A DNA stretch of 64,000 nt from Callorhinchus milii (Eukaryota), in the NCBI RefSeq assembly GCF_018977255.1, contig NW_024704743.1, positions 97,962,001 to 98,026,000 on the forward strand, written 5' to 3'. Below the pieces are notes generated by a model. It saw only the letters and a list, made by a program, of their open reading frames with translations, was not told the origin of the DNA and did not search any database. Each line of letters begins with the position of its first letter. Positions within the stretch are counted from its first letter, which is position 1. The position numbers and the translations under genes are program-made. Positions 13,746-26,259 of this stretch are shown here, piece by piece.

Positions 13746-16544
13746 ATGATATTTACAATAAAATATAAACATTATTATTGTTTTATTATTGTTTATTGCA
13801 GGCTAAAACTAGATGGTATTTCAAGTCTTGTGTGTTTAGAATGGGATTTGTGCCTTGTCATCCATCTCATCATACTTAACAGCAAGAAAGCTTTCTCAGT
13901 CTCAATATTTTACAGAGGTTCTCCTGATGTTACATTAAAATGTTGAGTTTTTTTCCAAGGGGATCTGCAAAAGACATTTAATCATATTGCAAATAATCCA
14001 AACTGCCTATTGATATTATTCATTGTCTTGAGACATAAGAATAGCAAATAATAATAATATTCCTTGCATTTGATATAGCGCCTTATCATGTCGTTGAGAC
14101 ATCTCAAAGCGCTTCACAGAATATACTGCAAAATGAATTGACTGTAAATTTTGTGGTAAAATCAAGATTTTACCTTCACACATTCCCAAGTCTCAGAATT
14201 CTAAGCAGTGCAATCGGACCAGTGAAACTTCCAGGACGAACATCAATTAAACCTTCCAGGTGCTATAAGCAGATGTGATTTAACTCTGGTGTGGCTGTCA
14301 CTTCTAAGAGAATTCCTGTCTCTGTAGACTGACCGGTTCTGTATGCTTTAAATACACCTTTTGCAAAGCAACGTAACAATATTAGATACCAAACTTTCAA
14401 ATAAGCGTATTGCTGTATTAATCACAAACAAATAAATAAACATTGAAACAATTTAAAATTAAAATTTATTACCAGTGCTCACTTTACCCTATTCATCCTT
14501 TTCCTCATTCGCCCACAAAATTCAATTCACTTTACAGTATTTTCAGGTAATTCTCCAGAATAAACATTTTTGTAATGGGTGTAAGTGCTCACATAACGTT
14601 ATATAATTTATTTCTTTTGAACCAATTCTTGATAGCAGTAGAGAGAGAAATCAAAGTGCAGGTGTAGCCTCTAGCAAAATCATACATATACAGTAAACCT
14701 CACATAAGTCATATTGGTTGGGACCATACATTTCATATGACTTGTACAAAGTATGAGTTATGTGAAACTTATAAATAATTGGAAATTCAATGGGACTTGG
14801 GCAGATGTATGATTTAGGCACTTATATGATTTATACAGATTAGACTTGAGTTTTACTATTAGAAAAGTCTTACATTTGATATATCGCCTTATCACATTGA
14901 TCAATTGATCGATGAATTGATCAAGTAAATGGATGAATTTCTGGTACATTTTACCAGTTGTTCCCTGGTAGTCTTGTTTTGTTGACAACAATGACAACAA
15001 TAATGACAACAATTTGCATTTATATAAGGCCCTTCACACGAGGTAGAGGCTCGGAGCACTGAATAATGGCATAACTTGACACCAAGCCTGGGAGAAAAGG
15101 GCGGTGACTACAGGCTCGATCGAAGAGGAAAATCTTCAGGTGCAATCTGCAAAGAAAGAGTATGAGCTCAGTGACTTATTCACTTGTAATTCCACAAACT
15201 TCTTAATTACGTTGCAGTCCCGAGGTATTGACAGTAATGTGACAAGCTTACACCCTTCACAATGAAAATAATTGTGTATCAATAGCCCGAGAGCTCTTGG
15301 ATGTTGTTTCTGTGCTGGAAGAACAATATAATAATAACTCTTGCATTTGATATAGCATCATATCATGTTGTTGGGTTATCTCAAAGCTGTGCACAGGATA
15401 TTTATATGAAGTGTAATGACTGTGTATTTGTAGATGAACACTGCAGCCAATTTTCACACAGAGATGTCCCACACAGAGCAATGAAGTGAATGACTACTTT
15501 TATTTTATTTGGAGTGTTGTTGACCAGGACACACTGGAAGAAACTTCCTTCTCTTTTCAAGTAATGCCACGGGATCCTTAACATCCACCTGAACACGCAG
15601 ACCTCTGTTTTCTAACCTACACAAAGGACAACACCTCCAACAATGCAGCATATCAAGGCATTTCCATTAAGAAATAATACAAGTTAGATCAATGATTATA
15701 TCCTAAATAGATTATGAATGATTTTGAGGTTGAGGTCTCATAAAGAGGTGCACTTGATGTTGAAAAAAATTGCAACTAATTCAATTGGTTTAAACCTCTA
15801 TCTGAACCTCGAGTGAAATCATTGCTGTGTCACTGTTCTTTCGATCAGCGGTGGCTGTTGTGGTAACATTGATGAACAGGACGCCTGGTGCAGCTGATGT
15901 ATTACAATGTCCACCTTGAAGGATTAATTAATGTGACATGATCACTGCAAGGTTATCAAGTGACGTTCTCCAGGGAATCACTAGAACATAACAGTTGGTA
16001 TAATTTATACAAAGACAAAATGATAGCCTGGAGGGATTTCAAGGTAATGAGCTAATTCTACATCCAGCAGGCAAATCTGATACAATTGAGTCTATGACAT
16101 TGTAACATGAGTCAGGGTGTACTGCTGACCATTTACATGCAATGTAAGATTTTTGTTTGAAAGCATTTTTTGATTGCACTCCTGAAGTTACCAGCTGTAT
16201 GCGCCACCTTGTCCCATGGAATTGTTTATTGTACATTTGTTGAGAAATGCAGATTATGTGTTATTTATTTAACTGTGTCTGATCTAGCTACTCCCAGTCT
16301 GACTCAATGGTGATTAAAACCATGTTTAAGTTACATCTAGGCTGTAGCTGCTCACAATGGTCCTGAAACAAAAATGAATGTGTCGGATCACATCCCCATG
16401 CCCTCAACTTGAAGTAGATTCAGCTTTTGTCGTTGGAGTCTGTGCTAACTACATGCTGCTGGCATCAAGCACATGTCTGAATATGGTAAAGTCTTAGTGC
16501 AACATATGGGATGATACCATGTGGGTGGCAACATTATTAGTTAC

Positions 16545-16575
16545 TCTCAGCATTTTGGCTAAGATTAAGTGCAGT
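16545..16575 (+). pseudogene. U2 snRNA 5' fragment (about nt 7-37)
   Basis: tctcagcattttggctaagattaagtgcagt versus U2 TCTCGGCCTTTTGGCTAAGATCAAGTGTAGT (recalled from memory): 27/31 identical. Confidence 0.65.
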
Positions 16576-19500
16576 GTGAACTAGGTTTTGCTACGGAAGT
16601 TCATGCAGAGTAAGAGATCATTGGGATGAGATTGTGGTCAGCATTCTGTATTAGGTCTTTGACGATGTCAGATACTAATGGCATTTCCTTTTCATAATGC
16701 TGCATCGCCAAAGGTGCTACGCGTAATATTGACCGAAATTTCAGCCAATATATTAACATAATCACAATCTAATTATTGTCTTGGAACCAGAACCAACACT
16801 GCCTTCTGTCCTTTTGGCAGGGGGTATGTTGAGAAACCCAGGGATGATCTGTTAAAAAACCTGACAGCGTAACTGTGTAACCGGGGCACTGTTGTAATTC
16901 GACTCTTTCAGAATTGGAGGGAGGCTGAATTCAAGGATTGAAATTAAAACATCAGCTATGTACGAACATCACTTATAGCCACATGAGCATTCTGTGCTGC
17001 AAGCCGTGCGTGTGTGCAACAAGATCCCTATAAGCAGTCATCACAGCTCCAAAGTAAATACACTGACAGATTGGAGGACAGCACCAGAAACCTTCATATT
17101 TGCACCACACTCCAGTCTCCTGAGCCGCAGGCATGAGGCAGCACAAGAAGCAAAAAATAAAATGGTCTTGGATACACAGCCCTGTACCAGAATTACATTA
17201 AGGATACCTGCATGTTATTTCTCTTACTTTCCGAATTAAAATAGCAGTAAGTTAAGACAGGGTGATTCGGCGTTCAAGCTCACTGATGCAAGTTTTTTTT
17301 ATATATATTAAAATTAAGTATATTTTATATAGCGCTTATAATAACATAGTGCTTCACAGGAATATTTGACAAGTGTAGTGACTGTGTGTTTTTATTTGTA
17401 AGCACATGCAGCAGTACATCCCACAAATAGTCATGACGTGAATGACCTGCAAATGATCTGCAAATTTTGCTTCACAGAGAAAAGAAACACACACTTTTCT
17501 AATAGTTATGAGATCTTTAACGTCCACCCGAACCAAGCAGGCAGGATCTCAGTTTAATTTCTCATTCGAAGGGCACCAACTTTAACAATCTAGCAAACCC
17601 CGTTCCCCCCACTGACATCCTAGATGGTAAACTCAAAAGCCCCAATGTGGGGTTTGTACCTAAAAACATTCTTATCCAGAAGCAAGAGTGCTACCAAATT
17701 AATCAAACTGTGTCAGAGTTTGAGTGTTGTGCAGGCCTAATAGAGAAGAAAAGCACTTGTGTAGTAACTGACATGGGGACTTTCCAACTGAAACTGTTTT
17801 AAAGGCTAAATTGCTGTCTACTATCTGATTGATTCTAAGTTGTGTTGTGCCAAGCAAAACTGTTGGTTTGCATTTTGCAGTTTTAATTCTGTCAATAATA
17901 TTCACCATTTTCTTTAGTTTGTAAATATGGAACTAAAATTGTGCCATGTGGCAAAGCTGAAAATGTGCATTAATGCTTAGATTCCTAAGATTGCTGTATT
18001 TAATCATTAAAACAATTAAAGGAAGACTATGTAAAATCCAGGAGGAACATTTTTGTTTAAATTCCTCACGAGCGCAATTCTACTTGGGCAAAACAGATTC
18101 TAAGATCATGGATCCTGCTGGAACTGCTCACAGATTCTTAAGATACATAACAATCCTGAAATCTCCCGAACATCAAGCCACCAAGAGGAACCCTTGCCAG
18201 AGGTTTTTGCCTTGTGACTCCCAGGTACTCACCATTCTCTTTCTTTTTTTTACACCAGTGCTAAAGCATGCCGTTGAATTATTTCACATGGTCCATTCTT
18301 TATTCCAAAGCAGCAGGCTTAGAGTCACTGATATTGTGCATATGTTTTGACAGAACCAAAAAAAAACTAATTTGAAAAACTGTGTGAGGGGAAACATTTA
18401 CAGCAAAAAGACAGGAAGAAAAATGTTGTTTTGCTGTAAGATCATTAGAATATTCATACGTGGTCTCTTAGTTATTATGGTAACACTATCTATTTATGCT
18501 CACTCTATGTTATTCTACAAAACTGTCATTTATAAAGAGAAACACCATCATCTTTCTTCTCTGTCATCTTGAGGGTATATTTATACATTGCATTCTCATA
18601 CATAACACCTTGTGGCAGATTGCATTATATTTATACATATTTATGTGAAAATATGCTGTACTTTGCAAAAACACACCCCCTCAGGTCTCATATTGTTTTA
18701 AGAGTCTTATAAAATATAAAGATAATAATCCTTGCATTTGATAGAGTGCCTTATCATATCGTTGAGATGTCCCAAAACACTTCATGGGATACACAGTAAC
18801 ATGGTGTGACTATGTATTTGTGGTCGAAATGATGGAATGCAATTGTTTGAGATCACTGTTATTTGTTTCTAACAGATCATCCATCACACAAATTTTCCAT
18901 TGGCTTTGAAGTTGTGATAAAACCTTAGATGATACAGATTGTGATACTCTTAAACAATTCATGTTAATTCATTTCAAGTGATTATCCTTCTTGGCAGAGA
19001 GGAATGGGGGGTGGGGGGGTTTAAACCTTGGGGCTGAACTGGCTCCAAGATGACATGTTTGGCAATAAAATGTCAGAATCAAGCCCACTGTGGCTGTCTT
19101 GCAATCCAATTCCTGAGCAACCTTCCAGGGCACTGCTGACGACAACCCAGCCTGGCTCATCAGCAGGACCTGGAGAGCAACCCAGTTACTCTTGCCACTC
19201 AGCTTCTGTTAATCCTGCAAACAAAGCTTTAATGGGTAGGGTGGACCCAGCTGGACAAGCAGCAGGAAAGCTTGCCAGAAAGTCATATCAATGGCAAGCT
19301 ATGCAGTTTTAGCTGGTTAGAATCCAGCAGTACCCCAATGCACACTCTGGGGTCCCCAGGCTTTAGCTCTCGCCAACCTGCTCCTAATACTTTTCAGAAT
19401 TAGGTAAGCAGGATGCGTTCCTCTAGGGAGAGAGTGCACGTTTCATTCCAATAAATATCTCTGGAATTTACATGTGTAGGTGGGATTCATGGAACTCTCA

Positions 19501-20159
19501 AGCATGGTGATGGGTTTTCGCATGTGTTAGACACCTGGCTGACAGAATGGTTTTTTGCATTCCCAAATAAATTCAACTTGCCCAATTTAGACACTCAATT
19601 TATCGAATGCAAGTAGATGTCTATCAGCTTGACTTTGATGGTAGCATTCTCACCTAGAGGTTACCCCATCTCAGTCCTTGAGCTCATATCCCAGACTGGT
19701 GCTCAATTGTGGAAGAGCTGCATTGCAGAAGTACCGTCTTTCAGATGAGAAGTTAAACTAACGTCTTATCTAGTTGTTTTCAGATCACATAAAAAAAGGC
19801 ATGAGATTATTCGAAAAGAAGCAGACCACTAAATTAATAGATCACTCTCCTCACGACTGTTTTGTTGAACCTTGCTGGCACATTTGTCTGCATAAGCAGT
19901 GACTACACTTGGACAGTAATTAGCTTTGAAGGCCTTTGAGAAATACTGTTATAGGCTGCTTTAAAAGTGTTCCTTCTTTCTTAAGTCAAATGAGATAGAG
20001 TTTCTACAATACAAGTATTGGAGGTAAATCATTAATCCACTTTAGATCATTTCACTTTTATTTTACTACAAATAGGGTGAGGCCATAAAAGTGAAGAGGT
20101 CAGAGCCACAGGGTGAAAAAAGCAAATCACTTCAATAGGACCACTATGATAAGAAGATG

Positions 20160-20900
20160 GGCAAAAAGATGGGAAGTGCTGGGGACGTGAAGCAGGCCAG
20201 TGTCCACTGAGTGGAGGGAGCAGACAGGCTGATTTGGGGTTAGGAAGTCGGGAGAGGTAGGAGGAAGCAAAACCATGGAGGACTTTGAAGTTGTACTGTG
20301 TACTGTGACTTTGTACTTGATTTTCTGAGGGCCGTTCAGCCAGTGAAGCCGGGCAAGAACAGGGATGATTGGTTCGCGGAGCCTGGTGCAGGAGAGGGCT
20401 CCAACTGTGGAGTTGAATAATCTGCAGTCTGTGGAGGGAAGAGTTGAAAAGTCCAATGAGCAGGCAGTTGGCATAGTCAAGCTGGGACGTGATGAAAGCG
20501 TGGATTAGTATCTCGGTGGCCTCTAGTGAGAGGCAATGACGGAGGCAGGTTGGGGAAAGGCGGAATGGATCACGGCACAAATGTGGGATTTGAAGGATAG
20601 CTGGGGGTTGGAAAGGACACCAAGGTTTTGCATTGGCTCAGTGAGGTGATAAATGAAGAGTGCATGAATAGTGATTAAGGTGAGGAGGCTCTGCTGGGAG
20701 CCAAGCAGGACGGCCTCTGTGTTGCCAACATTGAGCTGGAGGAAGTTGGCTCTCATCCAGGACTTGATGTCAGACAGACAATTAGCCAGGACATTAACGG
20801 TCCTGAAGTCAAGGGTGGAAGCAGCAAGACAGAGTTGGGTGTCATCCGCATCCAAATGGAAATTGACCCCATGCCTGCGGAATAATCCACAGCTATCAAC
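20160..20900 (-). mobile_element. L2-clade LINE internal RT fragment, degenerate
   Basis: FHLDADDTQLC, NFLQLNVGNTEAVLLGS and HAFITSQLDYANCLL in the ORF track. Confidence 0.88.
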
Positions 20901-23039
20901 AAATAACACCAAGTGGGTGTTCTCGAATTTGGGCTGACAGGCAATAGAGTCCAATTCACAGTATTTCTTAAATGGATTCCTCCATAAAGAATCTGTGTTG
21001 CATAAATGGGAAAGTGAAAATATGTTATGTCAATGCAATCTACTTCTTCCCTTGTACTGTGAATTGTAAAGGGATTGCTCATTGTGGCATTGTGTTAAGA
21101 AATATCACTTTGGACCCCATTGTTGAACGGGCGTTACAACAACAACAACAAATTGCACTTGTATAGCGCCTTTCACATCGGAAGTCATCCTGTTACATTT
21201 GATTTGGGTAGTTGCACCCTTCTTTGAAGGCATTCTATGACCTCTCCTCTCCCCTCTGCCTTGCTCAAGTCCAAACCCATCTCTGTAAAGTGCTCCAAGA
21301 CATTACCCTGTGTGAAGGCCACTGTATAAATACAAGTTGTTGTTGCTTAATGGTATCCCAACACGGAAAATTGGGCAGATATTCATTCTCTGGCATTGAT
21401 ATCCCTAACCAATAACCAGTCACCAAAAAATCTGAAGTTTTGAAGGGAACATATTTCATACACTGTAGCTTTGAAATTGCATTTCTGTTAAAAAAATTCC
21501 GTACAATCATTGAACACAATTCAATCATTTATATTTTTTTAACCAAACTAGAATGCAGTTATTCGGGCTCTGATGCAGTGAGCAGTCACTCAAGTGAAAT
21601 AGTCGTGTGTTTTTTTTTGTTATTGCTGCTGAATGGAAATTCTAGAATAAATCTGCGTTACATTTGGGGAACATGAAACAATATGCAGAGTAGGGAAAGT
21701 AGATATCATGCAAATCATGAATGCACAGGAAAGAGAGGTATGCAATGCAGCATAGTATACAGTAACTCCTAACGTGTGGTTGAATCAATCAAATTTAGCT
21801 GAAGGTGGATGGAGTGTGAGTGGAGCAATCTGCCTTGAGTCAGGATTCTGTCTCAAGTCGGAATGTTTCACAGCACATACAGATATGCAGACTCCATCTT
21901 ACCTCGTTACACAACCAGTCAATGTAGTCCTCATTCATCATCCAGGGCGGGTAACTACAATTCCTGGTGAATGAGAGTCAGATAATGAGAAGCACTTTAC
22001 AGAGAACAAAATAATCTATAAATCGTTGGCAGTATCAGTTATCTTTGCGCTAATTGATATACAAAATCACAAACAACGGCTTTTCAAAGACCTTTACTGA
22101 GTGCATAACTGGGAGGAAAGGTCCTTTGAAGTTATGAGGAAAGGGATCCGGCTTTTAGACGCAGCCCTGTGTGAAAGGTGTCCTTTCAGCGTTACTCTGG
22201 GTTTGTCTGTGTGGCTTTTTTGTTGCTGTGTGGAGTTTTACCTGAAATGGAGGAGAGTAACAAAGCGTTTCGATTCTCTGCCTGAAACAGTTACAGGAGA
22301 GACTGGACACGTCCTCACAGTGTATTTAGTGAGCTATACAGGAGAGGTGTGTTGTGATCAAGTTTCAATAGACAGAGAGAGCTGCCTTAAAATCTAGAAC
22401 AGGTCCCTCATAAACTGCGGGTTCTTCCAGAAAGGTGTGTATTGGTGTCGTATTATGTTACCCACTTATATATTCCCCTTTCCACAATATCACTTGTGAA
22501 TTTTGAAGGTTTTAATGAACCTTATCATGTCCAGTGATGGACGTTTAATGAACTCCTGCCTCGACCAGTGTTGAGGAATCCGCCCAGTTATGGCACTTTT
22601 ATCAGCAAGACATTCCAACCTTTTTTTTTGTTCGGGTAAAGAGAAAGGTTTTCCATGTGTTTTTGACTGGTTGATGGAACGGTGGCCACTCTCTGAAGAC
22701 ATTGCTTGCCGAGGACACTTCAATTCTTTTGCAAACACCACAGAGGGAGAAGAGTGTGAGAATAGAGTAGAACATTCCGATACGTTCAGTGAGAGAAATG
22801 TTGTTAAATGTGTAAACATATGTAGCAAACACACACACACACGTACATATACACTGTATATAGACATATAGTGTTATATGCAAATACAAATCACAGTATA
22901 TTGCAAACAGATATGGAATATGCATGGCGATAAATGAAAGGCATGCCGATAAATTATATACTTTATGCCCAAATCAATATGATGTAGTATTGCATGAATT
23001 AATGTATGGCCAACAGCAATTGCAAATAAGCAGATGAGA

Positions 23040-24170
23040 ATCACTCAACTTTTCACTCACTCACTCTCTCTCTCTCTCAGAATCCCTTTGTCTCTCACCA
23101 TTGCTGTGTTATCCCCCCCCTCACTCATCTCCCCTCTTTTTCATCTCCTCTCCTTACAATTCATGGTGTCTCTTATTCCTGTCTTTCCATGGTTTGTGTC
23201 TCTTGATCCCCGTCTGTCTGTCTGTCTGTCTGTCTGTTACTCAGCCTCTCCCTCTCCCTCTCTCTCTCTCTACCTCCTATGTTTCTCTGTGTCTTGTTCA
23301 GTCTGACTTTCTCTCTCCTGACTCTGGGTTTGGTTATGGTTCTCTCTCTCTCTCTCTCTCTGTGCCTCTAAATTGTCTCTGTTTCGCCGTCTGTTTCGGT
23401 CCTCTAACCCTCTCAGTTTTCTAGCTCCTCCTCGCCATTCATTTTGCTTCTAATCTTAATAATAAATCTCGTTTCTCTCTCTCTCATTATTGTTTTAAAA
23501 GTCTCAGTTTCGTACGTCCCTCACTCTATCTGCTGTCGTGTCTCCCACTCACTGTCGGTTTCCTTCTCCTTTCTTTCTGTGTTCTCTCTCTCTCTCTGTT
23601 CTCTCTCTCTTTCTCTGTCTTTCTCTTTCTCTTTCTCTCTCTATCTCTCTGTGTTCATCACACACACACACACACCCCATCTCTCTGTCCCTCTCCCCCT
23701 CTCTGTCCCTCTCTGTCCTTCTCTTTCTCTCTCTATCTCTCTGTGTTCATCACACACACACACACCATCTCTCTGTCCCTCTCCCCCTCTCTGTCCTTCT
23801 CTTTCTCTCTCTATCTCTCTGTGTTCATCACACACACACACACACCATCTCTCTGTCCCTCTCCCTCTCTCTGTCCCTCTCTGTCCTTCTCTTTCTCTCT
23901 CTATCTCTGTGTTCATCACACACACACACCCCCCATCTCTCTGTCCCTCTCTGTCCTTCTCTTTCTCTCTCTATCTCTCTGTGTTCATCACACACACACA
24001 CACCCCATCTCTCTGTCCCTCTCCCTTTCACTCTCCCCTATTTCTCTTGTCTCCTTCCCTCCCTCCCTCTCTCTCTCTCTCTCTCCTTCCCTCCCTCCCT
24101 CCCTCTCTCTCTCCATCCCTCCCTCCCTCTCTTGTATGTATTCTTCCCTCTATCTCGGTCTCTGTCTCTT
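23040..24170. repeat. CT-rich polypyrimidine block containing a compound minisatellite (5 units, ~70-95 bp, about 23600-24030)
   Basis: The unit TCTCTTTCTCTCTCTATCTCTCTGTGTTCATC(AC)nCCCATCTCTCTGTCCCTCTC recurs five times; (CT)n and (CCCT)n tracts flank it. Confidence 0.9.
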
Positions 24171-24204
24171 CATGTTTGTTTCTGTGAGAGCAAACCATGC
24201 GCGT

Positions 24205-24212
24205 TGACGTCA
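24205..24212. promoter_or_regulatory. Palindromic cAMP response element (CRE)
   Basis: Exact TGACGTCA in a short unique island between pyrimidine-rich repeats, about 1.2 kb upstream of the ATG. Confidence 0.7.
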
Positions 24213-24454
24213 GGGCTGCCCAGATCAGCCCCCTCTCCATCCCTCCCTCTCTCCCCCTCTCCCTGTCTCTCTCCCTCCCTCCCCCTCTCCCTCCCTCCCT
24301 GTCACTCCCAGTTCCTGGCGTGTCTTGCCTGTCAGTCTGTGGCAGCAGCTCCAGCTCCGGCTCCACACGCTCCGGTGTAATCCATCCCCAAAGCCGCCGC
24401 TAATACCTTCAGCGAAAACTAATGCCAACGGCGTGAGACCCGCAGCTCCCGCTC

Positions 24455-24682
24455 TGCTGTGCTGTGCCCTCCCCTCCCTCAGCCCAGGGACCCCGGGCTC
24501 TGCTGTGCTGTGCCCTCCCCTCCCTCAGCCCAGGGACCCCGGGCTCTGCTGTGCCCTCCCCTCCCTCAGCCCAGGGACCCCGGGCTCTGCTGTGCCCTCC
24601 CCTCCCTCAGCCCAGGGACCCCGGGCTCTGCTCCCCAGCCCTCCCCTCCCTCAGCCCAGGGACCCCGGGCTCTGCTGTGCTG
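24455..24682. repeat. GC-rich minisatellite, 5 x ~41-46 bp
   Basis: GCTGTGCCCTCCCCTCCCTCAGCCCAGGGACCCCGGGCTCT repeated in tandem. Confidence 0.95.
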
Positions 24683-24767
24683 TGGGGCACATGTCCTTGG
24701 CTTCTCCTCGGGTAGTCACACTTTTGCGGGGTGCAGTCACTTTCGGACGTGTCGTGCTTTGGTGACG

Positions 24768-24876
24768 GTGTGTGTGTGTGTGTGGGGGGGGGTGTGGGGT
24801 GTGTGTGTGGGGGTGTGTGTGGGTGTGTGTGTGGGTGTGTGTGTGGGTGTGTGGGTGTGTGTGTGTGTGGGGGGGT
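24768..24876. repeat. (GT)n microsatellite with G-runs
   Basis: Direct reading. Confidence 0.95.
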
Positions 24877-25025
24877 GAGGGCTGAGTTCCTGAGCTCGGG
24901 ATCCTCGCAGTTGGAGCTGCTGTCGGGATCGGGGAAAAGCTATTCCGCTGAAAACTCCCTCCCAAGTGAGAGTGGGGGCTTTTCCCGTGACTTTTTCGCC
25001 GGTTAAAAAAAAAGGATGCGTTAAA

Positions 25026-25237
25026 CCCACCGCCCCCACCACCGCCCACCCCAACAACCCCCCCCCCCCCCCCCCCACCACCGCCCACCCCAACAACCCC
25101 CCCACCACCGCCCACCCCAACAACCCCCCCCCCCCCCCCCACCACCGCCCACCCCAACAACCCCCCCCCACCACCGCCCACCCCAACAACCCCCCCCCCA
25201 CCCCCCAAAAAAAATAGAGAGAGAGAGAGAGAGAGAG
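25026..25237. repeat. C-rich tandem repeat ACCACCGCCCACCCCAACAA(C)n (~5 units) followed by (AG)n
   Basis: Direct reading; unit length varies with the poly-C run. Confidence 0.9.
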
Positions 25238-25398
25238 GGAAGAAATCAATCTCCCAGTGAGTATGATCCCCGGGATCAGTCGTGTTGGGTTTGATCGTTC
25301 GCTAATCCGCGTTGCAAAGTGCGGTTTGCAGAGTATGGGCGGCGGGAGGACGCCGGAGCTTTGCTTCTGAAGTTATTCCCCGCAGCAAACACGCGACC

Positions 25399-26259
25399 AT
25401 GGAGTTGTCCGAAGTGCGCTGCTCCAGCGCCAGTGAGGAGCTCTACACCATCAACCGGACTCCGGGAACCAGACCCAAGCGGCTCCTGTGGCAAAATGCG
25501 GTCCGTCACATCACCGAACAGCGCTTCCTCAACGAACACAACAGCGCGAAGACCGTCTCCTCCTCCGAGGACTCGTGGAGCCCCGACGGGAGGAAGCCGT
25601 CCGCGGGCAGAGCCTCCATCGGCGGCCACAACAACAACGGCGGCACTAAGGTCTTCCCCGAGCGGACCAGCAACGACCTGGGCTTCCTGCACCTGGACTG
25701 CGCTCCCACCAACTCCGACTTCTTCCTGAACTGGGGCTACACCTACCGCGGGGTCATCTTCCCGACCCTGAGGAACTCCTTCAAGTCCCGCGACCTGGAG
25801 CGGCTGTACCAGCGCTACTTCCTGGGCCAGAGGCGCAAGTCCGTGGTGGTGATGAACATCCTGGACGTGTTGACCAAACTCACCGTCCTGATCCTCCACC
25901 TGACCCTGGCCTCGGCCCCCATGGACCCGGTCAAAGGCATCCTCCTGGGCTTCTTCACCGGCATCGAGGTGGTCATCTGTGCCTTAGTGGTGGTGAGGAA
26001 GGACACCACCTCTCACAGTTACCTGCAGTACAGCGGCCTGGTGACCTGGGTGGCCATGGCCACTCAGATCCTGGCCACTGGCCTGGGCTATGGACTGCTT
26101 GGGGACGGCATCGGCTACGTGCTCTTCACTCTCTTTGCCACTTACAGCATGCTCCCTCTGCCCCTGACCTGGGCCATCCTGGCCGGCCTGCTCACCTCTG
26201 CCCTACACCTGGCGGTGCGCTTACTCTTCCCTCCAGCTGCCATCCCAACCACAAACCAG
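25399..26259 (+). CDS. ADCY8: ADCY8 coding exon 1: N-terminal CaM-binding helix and TM1-5, 287 codons
   Basis: Kozak gaccATGG at 25399; ORF-track protein MELSEVRC...PTTNQ; donor CAG|gtagct at 26260. Confidence 0.97.

Noticed and set aside
24455..24682. CRISPR-like array
   Set aside because: The units are tandem with no unique spacers, the context is eukaryotic and there are no cas genes.
23034..25249. Many long overlapping ORFs (up to 280 aa) on both strands
   Set aside because: They are translations of CT, GT and C-rich repeats that lack stop codons; the products are low-complexity with no domain signal.
25276..25899. 207-aa antisense ORF over exon 1
   Set aside because: Expected shadow of a GC3-rich coding exon; no independent support.
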